Assembly: GCA_964415885.1 (NCBI GenBank)
Contig: CAYQCE010000003.1
Coordinates: forward strand, 922-64,921
From: an uncultured Ignavibacteria bacterium
GTDB lineage: Bacteria; Zixibacteria; MSB-5A5; JAABVY01; JAHJOQ01
DNA length: 64,000 bases
Direction of reading: 5' to 3'
The position numbers and the translations under genes were made by a program. Of the stretch, positions 19,814 through 28,307 are shown in pieces (within the stretch, counting starts at the first letter, position 1; each line of letters begins with the position of its first letter). A model generated the notes under the pieces. The model was not told the DNA's origin. It did not search any database and saw only the letters and a program-made list of their open reading frames with translations.

Positions 19814-22042
19814 TTAACCGAACAGCGACAGAACAACCTGCGGTACCTGGTTACCCTGCGCGAGCATGGCGGTACCGGCCTGCAGGAGGATCTGCTCCTT
19901 AGTGAATATCGACATCTCTCTTGCCATATCGGTATCACGGAGATCAGATTCCGCAGCCGTCAGGTTCTGAGCCGCGATCCGGAGGTTCGTCAGGTTCGAT
20001 TCGAGAGTGTTCTTCTGGAACGAACCGAGCGTACCTCTAAGGTTGGTCACCTCATCAATAGCCGCGTCGATCAAGGACTGTGCGTCCTGAGCGCCGGCAG
20101 CACTCGTAACATTGATCGCGGAGAGATCCGTGAACATGTTACCTGCGACGTTATTTGCGAGTGATGAAGATGACATGTTACTCAGCGAAATTCTCGCTGT
20201 CTGGCCGACATTACCGCCGATCTGGAACACGAGCGATCTGTCAGTGTCCTGAATCGTCTCCGATCCACCTTCCGACGAGAGCGCGTAGTTGACCTTCAGT
20301 GACTCGGACCTGTCGGAGTTGTAGACAATCGCCTCCTCGCCGGCTACCACCGAGGATGCGGGGCCGCCGTCGAGCCGGACATCGAACTCTGCAGCGCTCA
20401 CGTCGAGCAGCATGCTGCCCAGGTTGACGCCGTTCAGCGCAGTGTTCACCGTGATATCAAGCGAACCTCTACCGGACACACCTGCCGCCTTGTTGTACAG
20501 GGTCACATCGGTAGTGTCGGAGTACTTGACTGACGTGATCGTGTTCGTGTAGTTATCGAATGATACGAGAGCATCCGTACCGGTCGCCGCGATCGTATCG
20601 ATCGAGAAACCGAGCACATTGGCAGCTTCTTCCTTGTCTTCGGAGAGCTGCTGATGCTTAATCGTGTAGTCGGAACCCTCGTCACGCGTGTAGATACGCA
20701 GCTTGTTTCCAACCACTTCCGCATCGACGTTGGCGATTGAGCTGTTCGTACCTGAAGCCTCAACGGTACCGAAACCACCTGAACCCGAAGCGATCTTCAG
20801 AGCGCGGGCAACTTCATCACGAAGAGCGGCCATCGATACGAAGGTCTTCGCGCCACCGCCACTGGAGACTGTAGAGATATCCAGAGTCTCGGTCTTGAGA
20901 CCGTAACGGGCGGTGTTGATCTGCAGCTTCATCTCGTCTTTACTGACACCACGTGTGGAACGAGCGGATCCCATATCGAACAGGTTACCGCCGGTACCAA
21001 CCGTCGAGAACGACGACAGCTTCAAGCTGTACTGGGCACCCTCGTCAACAGAGCGGAAAACCAGTCTGCCGGTAGCACCGTCAGTACCGGAAGTCGTGGC
21101 GGCCTCGATCTTACCGGCGAGATACTCGTTGCCGGCGATAGAGGCGTTCCACTTCTGGACCTGATCACCGATGTCTTCGCCGGCGACCAGATCAACAGAG
21201 ATGCTCTGGTTACCGGTAACAACACCATCCTCGCCCTGGTAGTTGAGCTGAACCTGATAGGTACCAGCGTTACCAGAGGTAACAGTACCGAACGTGCCGG
21301 TAGACATAACCGTAGCATACTGCCCGGCGGTGGCGAGAGTAAGGTTGTTGTTGAAGGCGTCGGTGATACGGATATCGCTCGACAGCTTCTCGGCGCCATC
21401 GGAAGCCTGAACAACATCCAGATTATGAATGCCGTCGGACAGCTCCGACGGGTTGCCGGTGCTGTTGAGCGAAATACCGTACGAGGTCGTGTTGAGCGAT
21501 GAGGTTGCATCGCTCACCTTCGTGGCGCTGATGGAATGAGTGCCGGATGACAGCGTGGAGTTGACGATCGTCAACTTCGAGGAGTTCGCCGTTGTAATCG
21601 TGGCGAGGTTCTCCTTGGTGCCGTCGAGAAGCTTCTTGGTACCGAACTGCGTGTTCTTGGCAATACGGTCAATGGTTGCCAGCGCGTTTTCAATTTCCGC
21701 CTGGTCGGCTGCCAACTGGTTGACATCGTTGAAACCTTCGTTAGCAGCATGAATAGCCAGCTCTCTCATGGAGACCAGAAGACTGTTGATCTCGTTGAGA
21801 GCTCCCTCTGCGGTCTGGATCATGTTGACCGAACCTTCGGAGTTGGAGATCGCACGGTTGAGACCGGCAATCTGCGCTCTGAACTGCTCGGAAATCACAA
21901 GACCCGCCGGGTCGTCGGACGCGCGGTTAATTCTGTAACCGGACGACAACTTCTCCATCGACTTCGAAAGAGCCTTTGTCGTGCCGGACAGGTTACGATG
22001 CGCGTTCAAGGCAGCAATGTTGTGGTTAATGCGTAAGGACAT
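19814..22042 (-). CDS. fliC: Flagellin (742 aa)
   Basis: MSLRINHNIAAL, KLSSGYRINRASDDPAGL, FQIG, RGTLGSFQ, RDTDMAREM, VLSLFG. Confidence 0.97.
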   Translation of the reverse strand: MSLRINHNIAALNAHRNLSGTTKALSKSMEKLSSGYRINRASDDPAGLVISEQFRAQIAGLNRAISNSEGSVNMIQTAEGALNEINSLLVSMRELAIHAANEGFNDVNQLAADQAEIENALATIDRIAKNTQFGTKKLLDGTKENLATITTANSSKLTIVNSTLSSGTHSISATKVSDATSSLNTTSYGISLNSTGNPSELSDGIHNLDVVQASDGAEKLSSDIRITDAFNNNLTLATAGQYATVMSTGTFGTVTSGNAGTYQVQLNYQGEDGVVTGNQSISVDLVAGEDIGDQVQKWNASIAGNEYLAGKIEAATTSGTDGATGRLVFRSVDEGAQYSLKLSSFSTVGTGGNLFDMGSARSTRGVSKDEMKLQINTARYGLKTETLDISTVSSGGGAKTFVSMAALRDEVARALKIASGSGGFGTVEASGTNSSIANVDAEVVGNKLRIYTRDEGSDYTIKHQQLSEDKEEAANVLGFSIDTIAATGTDALVSFDNYTNTITSVKYSDTTDVTLYNKAAGVSGRGSLDITVNTALNGVNLGSMLLDVSAAEFDVRLDGGPASSVVAGEEAIVYNSDRSESLKVNYALSSEGGSETIQDTDRSLVFQIGGNVGQTARISLSNMSSSSLANNVAGNMFTDLSAINVTSAAGAQDAQSLIDAAIDEVTNLRGTLGSFQKNTLESNLTNLRIAAQNLTAAESDLRDTDMAREMSIFTKEQILLQAGTAMLAQGNQVPQVVLSLFG

Positions 22043-22145
22043 TTAATCCTCCTTGAAACTCCTTGTCGACTATCCCTGTCGACCCTGATTGACTGTAATA
22101 ACTGGTTTGTGCTCGCCAGTTCAGCCACATCCGATGTCTGCCAAG
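22043..22145 (-). promoter_or_regulatory. Putative CsrA-binding sites in the fliC leader
   Basis: GUCGAC-AGGGAUA-GUCGAC hairpin (22065-22083), CAAGGAG, SD CAAGGAGG and ACAUCGGAUGU (22127-22137). Confidence 0.65.
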
Positions 22146-22297
22146 GTCCCGAGCCAATTTCTGACCTTCAAGCCGTCATTACTAAACGAGTCGCGGCTTG
22201 TCGACTCGAGTGCTTCATCACCTCCCGTCGTTTCTGATTCTTACCTTCTTTACTCTATTCAACGTCGATTACCATAACTTCAAGCTTCTCTTTATCT

Positions 22298-22324
22298 TAA
22301 TCGGCTTCTGCTCCGAATTCTTTA
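22298..22324 (-). promoter_or_regulatory. Sigma28 promoter of fliC
   Basis: TAAA-N15-GCCGATTA. Confidence 0.85.
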
Positions 22325-22710
22325 CGCTACCTGAGCTTATGATCTCCTCTCTTCATCACTATTTTCGACATCCCGGAAGACGTACTTAACGCGCTCCGAC
22401 AGGTTTGTGACACACGCGAGCGGTACATACAGGACCCTGTCGGGGCAAGCGGCGTAACTGCAATAGATTCCATCTTTTGAACATTTTGCGCCCCTGTGAC
22501 TTATGGGACCCCACCCCTTGCAAAATGCACGAGCATTCGAGCGCGACCTGTTCATCGTGCGCACACTCATTCCGCCCTGATAGCCCCGCGCGGTCCTTCA
22601 CCGAATTCGGTTGACGCAAACCCTATCTTTTGTAAATTAGCGGCAAGTATTTTGAGGACTTGATGATTAGCCTCCCGCTGTGCGGGTCCAACTGGTCAGG
22701 AGTAGTGAGA

Positions 22711-23961
22711 ATGGTGAAGATAAAGCCTTTCAAAGGTCTTAGGCCCTTACCGGAGAATGCTCAAAAGGTAGCGTCTCCCCCGTACGATGTTCTCAGCTCG
22801 GCTGAGGCCCGGGAAATGGCGGCCACTAACCCGCACTCGTTTCTGCATGTCGTGAAGCCGGAAATAGACCTTCCGGAAGACATCGATCCGTATTCCGAAG
22901 CCGTATACAACAAGGCCAGGGATAATCTCGAAAAGCTGATGCACGACCGCGTAATGAAGCAGGAGGAGAAGGACAGCTACTATCTGTATCAGATTCAGAT
23001 GGGTGATCACATCCAGACAGGTCTTGTCGCAGTAGCCTCAGTGGATGATTATCTCGAAGGGAGGGTGAAAAAGCATGAGTTCACGCGCCCAGCCAAAGAG
23101 GACGACAGAACCACACACATCCTGACTTCCAAGGCCCAAACCGGTCCGGTCTTCTGCATCTTCCGTTCTGACCCTAACCTCAGTAAGATATTTCATGAGC
23201 TGACAAACGACGAACCGGAGTTCAATTTTACCGCCGATGACGGCGTCCGGCACACGCTCTGGGTCATCAAGAAAGCGGAGCATGCAAATTCGATTACGGA
23301 TGCGCTCGCAAAGTTCGATGCTATCTACATTGCCGACGGTCACCATCGCTCGGCGGCCGGTACGCGCGCCGCTGAGAAGTATCGCGAAAAATATCCCGAC
23401 TACAATGGCGAAGAGGAGTTCAACTACTTCCTCACCGTTATATTCCCCGACGACGAAATGAATATCCTGGCATATAATCGCGTGGTCAAAGACCTGAGCG
23501 GAATGTCGGAGAATGAGTTTCTAAACGGCCTGAAGAACAAGTTCGATGTCAGCGAGGCTGCGAACAGAGAGGAGGCCGAGCCTAAGGAAAACTACGAGTA
23601 CGGGATGTTCCTCGACGGCAAGTGGTACAAGCTCAAAGCGCACGACAGCGTCATCGACCGCACCGACCCCGTTGACTCGCTCGACGTTCAGGTCCTGGCG
23701 CGCAATGTCTTGAAGCCTATGCTCAAAATCGAGGATCCGCGTACTGATCCGAGGATCGATTTCGTAGGCGGGATTCGCGGACTAAAGGAGCTCGAGCGGC
23801 TCGTCAACAGCGGTGAGTGGAAGCTCGCGTTTGCTCTCTATCCAACCTCGGTGGAGCAACTTCTTCGCGTGGCGGATGCCGGGAAGGTCATGCCGCCAAA
23901 GTCAACCTGGTTCGAACCAAAACTCAGAAGTGGAATGGTAGTTCATCTACTTGAAGAATAG
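22711..23961 (+). CDS. DUF1015 family protein (ParB/Srx-like motif)
   Basis: SPPYDV, KKHEFT, YIADGHHR, MPPKSTWFEPKLRSG; start at ATG 22711. Confidence 0.9.
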   Translation: MVKIKPFKGLRPLPENAQKVASPPYDVLSSAEAREMAATNPHSFLHVVKPEIDLPEDIDPYSEAVYNKARDNLEKLMHDRVMKQEEKDSYYLYQIQMGDHIQTGLVAVASVDDYLEGRVKKHEFTRPAKEDDRTTHILTSKAQTGPVFCIFRSDPNLSKIFHELTNDEPEFNFTADDGVRHTLWVIKKAEHANSITDALAKFDAIYIADGHHRSAAGTRAAEKYREKYPDYNGEEEFNYFLTVIFPDDEMNILAYNRVVKDLSGMSENEFLNGLKNKFDVSEAANREEAEPKENYEYGMFLDGKWYKLKAHDSVIDRTDPVDSLDVQVLARNVLKPMLKIEDPRTDPRIDFVGGIRGLKELERLVNSGEWKLAFALYPTSVEQLLRVADAGKVMPPKSTWFEPKLRSGMVVHLLEE

Positions 23962-23996
23962 ATGCGTGAGAAGATAAGCCAGAAGGAGTTATTCGG

Positions 23997-24872
23997 ATGA
24001 AGATCCTGATATCTGATGCATTTGACCCCTCCCTGCCGGAGAAACTCGCGAAATACGGCGAAGTGACCGACGACAAGGATCAACTCAAGGATGCCGACGT
24101 CGTTCTCGTTCGCAGCAAGACCAAGTGCACGAAGGAGTACATAGACAGTGCACCCAACCTGAAGCTCATCATCAGGGGCGGTGTGGGACTCGACAATATT
24201 GACAGAGACTATGCCAAAGAGAAGAACATTATCGTTCACAACACCGCCGAGGCTTCCGCAATCGCCGTCGCGGAACTCGCAATGGCGCTGATGCTCACGA
24301 TGCCATGCAACGTTATTCCCGGCCATAATTCGATGAAGGAAGGCAAGTGGATGAAAAAGGAGCTCAAGCGTACGGAGCTCTTCGGAAAAACGCTCGGCCT
24401 GATGGGCGTCGGGAATATCGGGACGGAAGTTGCCAGGCGTGCCAAAGCCTTCGGAATGCACGTTATAGCCTACGATCCCTTCATCAAGGCGCATGACTAC
24501 GCTGACATAGTTGCGAATCTCGATGATTTCATCGGCCGCTGCGATTACATATCGCTGCACATGCCACTCACCGATGATACGAAAGGTATGATCAATAAGG
24601 GCCTCATTGCGAAGATGAAGGATGGAGTCTATATCGTGAACACGGGACGCGGCAAGTGCGTCAATGAGGATGATGTCGCCGAGGCGCTCAAATCCGGCAG
24701 GATAAAGGGATTTGCGACAGACGTATGGTACAGCGATCCGCCGGAGAGCACTCCTCTGCTGGATGCCCCAAATTTCGTCGCAACACCTCATATAGGCGCG
24801 TCCACCAGGGAGAATCTGCTCAGGATCGGCGAGGTTATAGACCGCCTTATCGGGGAATTCGTCAGCAAATAG
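23997..24872 (+). CDS. serA: D-3-phosphoglycerate dehydrogenase (short form, no ACT domain)
   Basis: RGGVGLDNI, AVAEL, GVGNIG, NTGRG, TPHIGAST; next to serC. Confidence 0.8.
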   Translation: MKILISDAFDPSLPEKLAKYGEVTDDKDQLKDADVVLVRSKTKCTKEYIDSAPNLKLIIRGGVGLDNIDRDYAKEKNIIVHNTAEASAIAVAELAMALMLTMPCNVIPGHNSMKEGKWMKKELKRTELFGKTLGLMGVGNIGTEVARRAKAFGMHVIAYDPFIKAHDYADIVANLDDFIGRCDYISLHMPLTDDTKGMINKGLIAKMKDGVYIVNTGRGKCVNEDDVAEALKSGRIKGFATDVWYSDPPESTPLLDAPNFVATPHIGASTRENLLRIGEVIDRLIGEFVSK

Positions 24873-24895
24873 TGTGAGCCGAAAGGAGAACGAAA

Positions 24896-25978
24896 ATGGC
24901 TAACCGCATATACAATTTCAATCCGGGCCCGGCGACACTACCGCTGCCGGTTATCGAGAAAATCCAGGGCGAGCTGCTGGACTATCAGGGTACGGGCATG
25001 TCTATACTCGAGACCAGCCACCGTTCACCGGAATTCAAGCAGGTCCACGAAGATACAAAGAGCCTGCTCAGAGAGATCGCGGGCATTTCTGATGACTACC
25101 ACATTCTATTCACTGCAGCAGGCGCGAGCATGCAGTTCGCGATGATACCGCTCAATTTCCTGCCGAGCGGAAAATCAGCGGATTATGTCAATACCGGCAC
25201 CTGGTCCAAAAAGGCGATCAAGGAGGCCCAGATAGTCGGAAATGTAAACGTGGCTGCATCCAGCGAAGACAAGGACTTCACTCACATCCCGAAGAACCTG
25301 AATTTGGATCCGAATGCCGCCTATGTTCACATTACGACAAACAACACGATTAAGGGTACGCAGTGGATGAGCATTCCCGATACAGGCAGCGTACCTCTGA
25401 TCGCTGACATGTCTTCCGACATTTTCTGCCGCAAGCTGGACTTCGGCAAGTTTTCGATGATCTACGCTGGAGCGCAGAAGAATCTCGGTCCGGCTGGTGT
25501 CACTGTCGTGCTCCTGCACAAGGACCTCGCTGAAAAAGCCAACGAGGGGCTGAATACGATGCTCTCCTACGGCACGTATATCGAGAAGGACTCGATGTTT
25601 AATACACCGCCTTGCTTTGCTATCTACACCGTGAAGCTCGTTCTCGAATGGGTGAAGGAGCAGGGTGGCCTCGAGGGTGTCGAGAAAATCAACGACAAGA
25701 AACAGAAGCTGCTCTATGACACGATCGATTCATCCGGCGGCTTCTATCGCGGCACCGTGGAGAAGGAAGACCGCTCATGGATGAATGCGACATTAAGAAT
25801 GTCGGATGAAGATCTCGAAAAGACATTCATCGCAGAGGCGAAGAAAGAAGGCCTGCATGGTCTAAAAGGTCATCGTTCCGTCGGCGGTATTCGTGTGTCG
25901 ATGTACAATGCCCTGCCTCTCGAGGGAATCGAGAAACTTGTCGACTTCATGCATGATTTCCAGAAGAAAAACGGATAG
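24896..25978 (+). CDS. serC: Phosphoserine aminotransferase
   Basis: NFNPGPATLP, SHRS, ADMSS, YAGAQKNLGPAG, NTPP, KGHRSVGGIR. Confidence 0.96.
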   Translation: MANRIYNFNPGPATLPLPVIEKIQGELLDYQGTGMSILETSHRSPEFKQVHEDTKSLLREIAGISDDYHILFTAAGASMQFAMIPLNFLPSGKSADYVNTGTWSKKAIKEAQIVGNVNVAASSEDKDFTHIPKNLNLDPNAAYVHITTNNTIKGTQWMSIPDTGSVPLIADMSSDIFCRKLDFGKFSMIYAGAQKNLGPAGVTVVLLHKDLAEKANEGLNTMLSYGTYIEKDSMFNTPPCFAIYTVKLVLEWVKEQGGLEGVEKINDKKQKLLYDTIDSSGGFYRGTVEKEDRSWMNATLRMSDEDLEKTFIAEAKKEGLHGLKGHRSVGGIRVSMYNALPLEGIEKLVDFMHDFQKKNG

Positions 25979-26002
25979 ACTAAATCAAGCTTCTGAGTAA
26001 CC

Positions 26003-26038
26003 AAGCTCCGTCTCAATGCGAGACGGGGCTTTTCTTTT
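26003..26038 (+). terminator. Intrinsic terminator after serC
   Basis: AAGCTCCGTCTC-AATGC-GAGACGGGGCTT followed by TTCTTTT. Confidence 0.8.
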
Positions 26039-26092
26039 GCGTCAAAAATATCTTCGCATTGCTGTTTTGAAAGCGAGAGGACTCAAATGGTC

Positions 26093-26692
26093 TCAGGATG
26101 AACCCGCAGCCCCTGCAGGCTTGGCTGCAGGCTTGGCCGCACGCTCGACTGCTGCAGAGTCAAGCCTCGACATAGCAAAAAGTCGGAGGACGGAAACTGC
26201 ACCATCGACGCTCAGCATCGAGGTATTCAGAACGAGATCGGGAGCTTCCGGCGGTTCGTACGGATCGCTGATTCCGGTGAAATTATCGATCTCGCCGTCG
26301 AGTGCCTTTCTATAAAGACCTTTCACATCACGTTCGATCAGCGTATCAAGGTCCGAGTCGAGGAAGATTAAAGAGAAGCGGTCTTCTCCAACAATACCGG
26401 AACGGACTTCCTCTCGGTCCTCCTCATAAGGCGAGATCAGTGCGCAGATTACAATCGAGCCGAAATCGGCCATCTCTCGCGCCATCGCGCCGACCCTTCT
26501 GACCTGACGCGCTCTACCTTCGCGCGAGAAATCCGTATGCCCCGTCTTGTCCCGCACGGCATCGCCGTCCAGAACACGGACATTGTACCCCGCACTCGAC
26601 AGGATATCTCCGAGGCAGTTGGTTAATGTGGTCTTGCCGGCTCCCGAGAGCCCGGTAAACCAGAATACATAGCCCTTCTTACAATCTTCCAT
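26093..26692 (-). CDS. cysC: Adenylyl-sulfate (APS) kinase
   Basis: WFTGLSGAGKTT, LDGDAVR, LISPY, RDVKGLY, NFTGISDPYEPP. Confidence 0.93.
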   Translation of the reverse strand: MEDCKKGYVFWFTGLSGAGKTTLTNCLGDILSSAGYNVRVLDGDAVRDKTGHTDFSREGRARQVRRVGAMAREMADFGSIVICALISPYEEDREEVRSGIVGEDRFSLIFLDSDLDTLIERDVKGLYRKALDGEIDNFTGISDPYEPPEAPDLVLNTSMLSVDGAVSVLRLFAMSRLDSAAVERAAKPAAKPAGAAGSS

Positions 26693-26732
26693 CTGGATTT
26701 CGCCCTATGCTCAATGCCCCTTCTCAGGCGGC

Positions 26733-27392
26733 TTAAGCGTATTCGAAAGTCTCCTCTGGTCGAACCGTGACTCTCTCGAATTCGTGCTCAATTGGCAGAC
26801 CTTCGTTGTTCAAGTACTTGCGGTTGCCGTCCCGCAGGCTTACTTCCGAAGGATCGATTGTAACATCCAGGCCGACCGATTCCATCGCGAGCTTGAAGTA
26901 CGTGAATCCGAGAAGCATCAGCGCCTCATAGCTGAAGATGAAATGCTCGATTTTCTCGCGCTCGAGATGGGTAAATATGACGTCGTAAGCCTTCTTGATG
27001 CGCTCCGAAGCTATCTTGATATTCTTGTTTCTGTCTACTCGGCAGAGCGACAGCGTTAGCACGTTGACATCGCGGGTGGTCACGATCACCAGAAGCTCGC
27101 GCCCGGTTTTCTCAGCGAGTCGTTTCAAGTTCGCTATGTTGTACCATACAGGGCGGGCGCCATGCGGATATGAGCGGCGCATCAAGACATGCTTCTCCGT
27201 GTCAGTGATTTGAAGAAACTGATTCACTGCGTCATCGATCTTGTCGTTCTGAAGGTTGCTCCAGACGGTGTCAAAGTCCTGCTCATGCTTCTCTGCGTTG
27301 TGCCCGTCAACGCTGTCAAGCGAACCGATTATCGACGAGATGAATCGGGTACCGGTGCCCTCTGAACCTGCAACGTAGATTATTCGTTTCAT
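26733..27392 (-). CDS. Putative PAPS-dependent sulfotransferase
   Basis: N-terminal IYVAGSEGTGTRFI resembles the 5'-PSB loop; VIVTTRD...S resembles the 3'-PB motif; FSYEAL; directly upstream of cysC. Confidence 0.6.
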   Translation of the reverse strand: MKRIIYVAGSEGTGTRFISSIIGSLDSVDGHNAEKHEQDFDTVWSNLQNDKIDDAVNQFLQITDTEKHVLMRRSYPHGARPVWYNIANLKRLAEKTGRELLVIVTTRDVNVLTLSLCRVDRNKNIKIASERIKKAYDVIFTHLEREKIEHFIFSYEALMLLGFTYFKLAMESVGLDVTIDPSEVSLRDGNRKYLNNEGLPIEHEFERVTVRPEETFEYA

Positions 27393-27423
27393 TCCGACCT
27401 TCCTATGTCAATGTAAGTTGATT

Positions 27424-28305
27424 TCATTCCTCAATGGATCCGGCGCCAAGTAGTTTCCGCCCCTCGAATACGTACCCTACAAGACGTGTGACATCATCGA
27501 TATCCACAAAACCGTCACCGGTAGGATCTGCCGCCGAGAATCGCTCTGGCGGGAGCCCCTCATGAAAGATGTAGTCTATCAGGAATATTACATCGTCCAC
27601 GTCTACGGAACGAGAGGCGTCGGCATCTCCCCAGATGTACTCCGGTGCCTCCAGCAGGAATCTCCGCGTCAACTCGGACAACAGATCGCTTTGGGTCGGT
27701 CGAGATATGTAAAAGACTCGACCCTTGCCGTATGCGCTCCGGGAAACGGCGATATCATCTGTCGCATCGCCGGGACAATGCCACTTCACAATCACATCAC
27801 ATCCCGGGAGCGGCTCGGCAAGCGCGCCAAATGAGTAGTGGCACGGTACACTGTCGATTCGCTCATCGACCTGATATCCATACTGCGCAGCGGCATCTGT
27901 AGCCATCATAATACCCGCGGCGTTCGTATAGTCTTCGCATGCGAACCAGTGATAGATCGGGTCGATTGTATCTGTCGAAGCGATGAAATATGGGATTCCG
28001 CCTCCGCATATCAAAGATCCGCCGGCGTGAATGTACTCATCGAGGACCTCAGTTCGGCATGATACTGCAGCGCCTCGCGACATCAGCATGACACAAGAGT
28101 ACCGGTCCTTATCGAGATCAAGCGGTATATAGTCGAGGTACTCGTAGTCAAACGAAGTCCTACTCAGAATCTGGCTTAGCTCCTGCCCCTCGGGCATGAT
28201 TCCCGACATCGAGTCGGTCACTATTGCGATTCGATTCTGAGAGAATGCCTCTGCCGAGATTAGCAGCATGGCAATCATCGAAATCTGTGCCAACACTCTT
28301 GACAC
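27424..28305 (-). CDS. Secreted protein with a C-terminal dockerin-type domain
   Basis: Signal peptide; duplicated Ca-loop motifs WGDADASRSVDVDDVIFLIDYIF and ADPTGDGFVDIDDVTRLVGYVF; N-part resembles a class-I glutamine amidotransferase-like fold (YIHAGGSLI, YGKGRVFY). Confidence 0.75.
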   Translation of the reverse strand: MSRVLAQISMIAMLLISAEAFSQNRIAIVTDSMSGIMPEGQELSQILSRTSFDYEYLDYIPLDLDKDRYSCVMLMSRGAAVSCRTEVLDEYIHAGGSLICGGGIPYFIASTDTIDPIYHWFACEDYTNAAGIMMATDAAAQYGYQVDERIDSVPCHYSFGALAEPLPGCDVIVKWHCPGDATDDIAVSRSAYGKGRVFYISRPTQSDLLSELTRRFLLEAPEYIWGDADASRSVDVDDVIFLIDYIFHEGLPPERFSAADPTGDGFVDIDDVTRLVGYVFEGRKLLGAGSIEE

Positions 28306-28307
28306 AT

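Noticed and set aside
19814-22042. Proteolytic flagellin (flagellinolysin)
   Set aside because: No HExxH metallopeptidase motif in the insert.
23943-24791. Long antisense ORFs such as this one, 51038-51904, 39679-40470 and 34960-35718
   Set aside because: They are shadows of well-supported genes on the opposite strand.
26114-26140. 12-bp tandem duplication in the cysC tail (AAKPAAKP)
   Set aside because: Two copies in a low-complexity tail; not an array or phase-variation tract.
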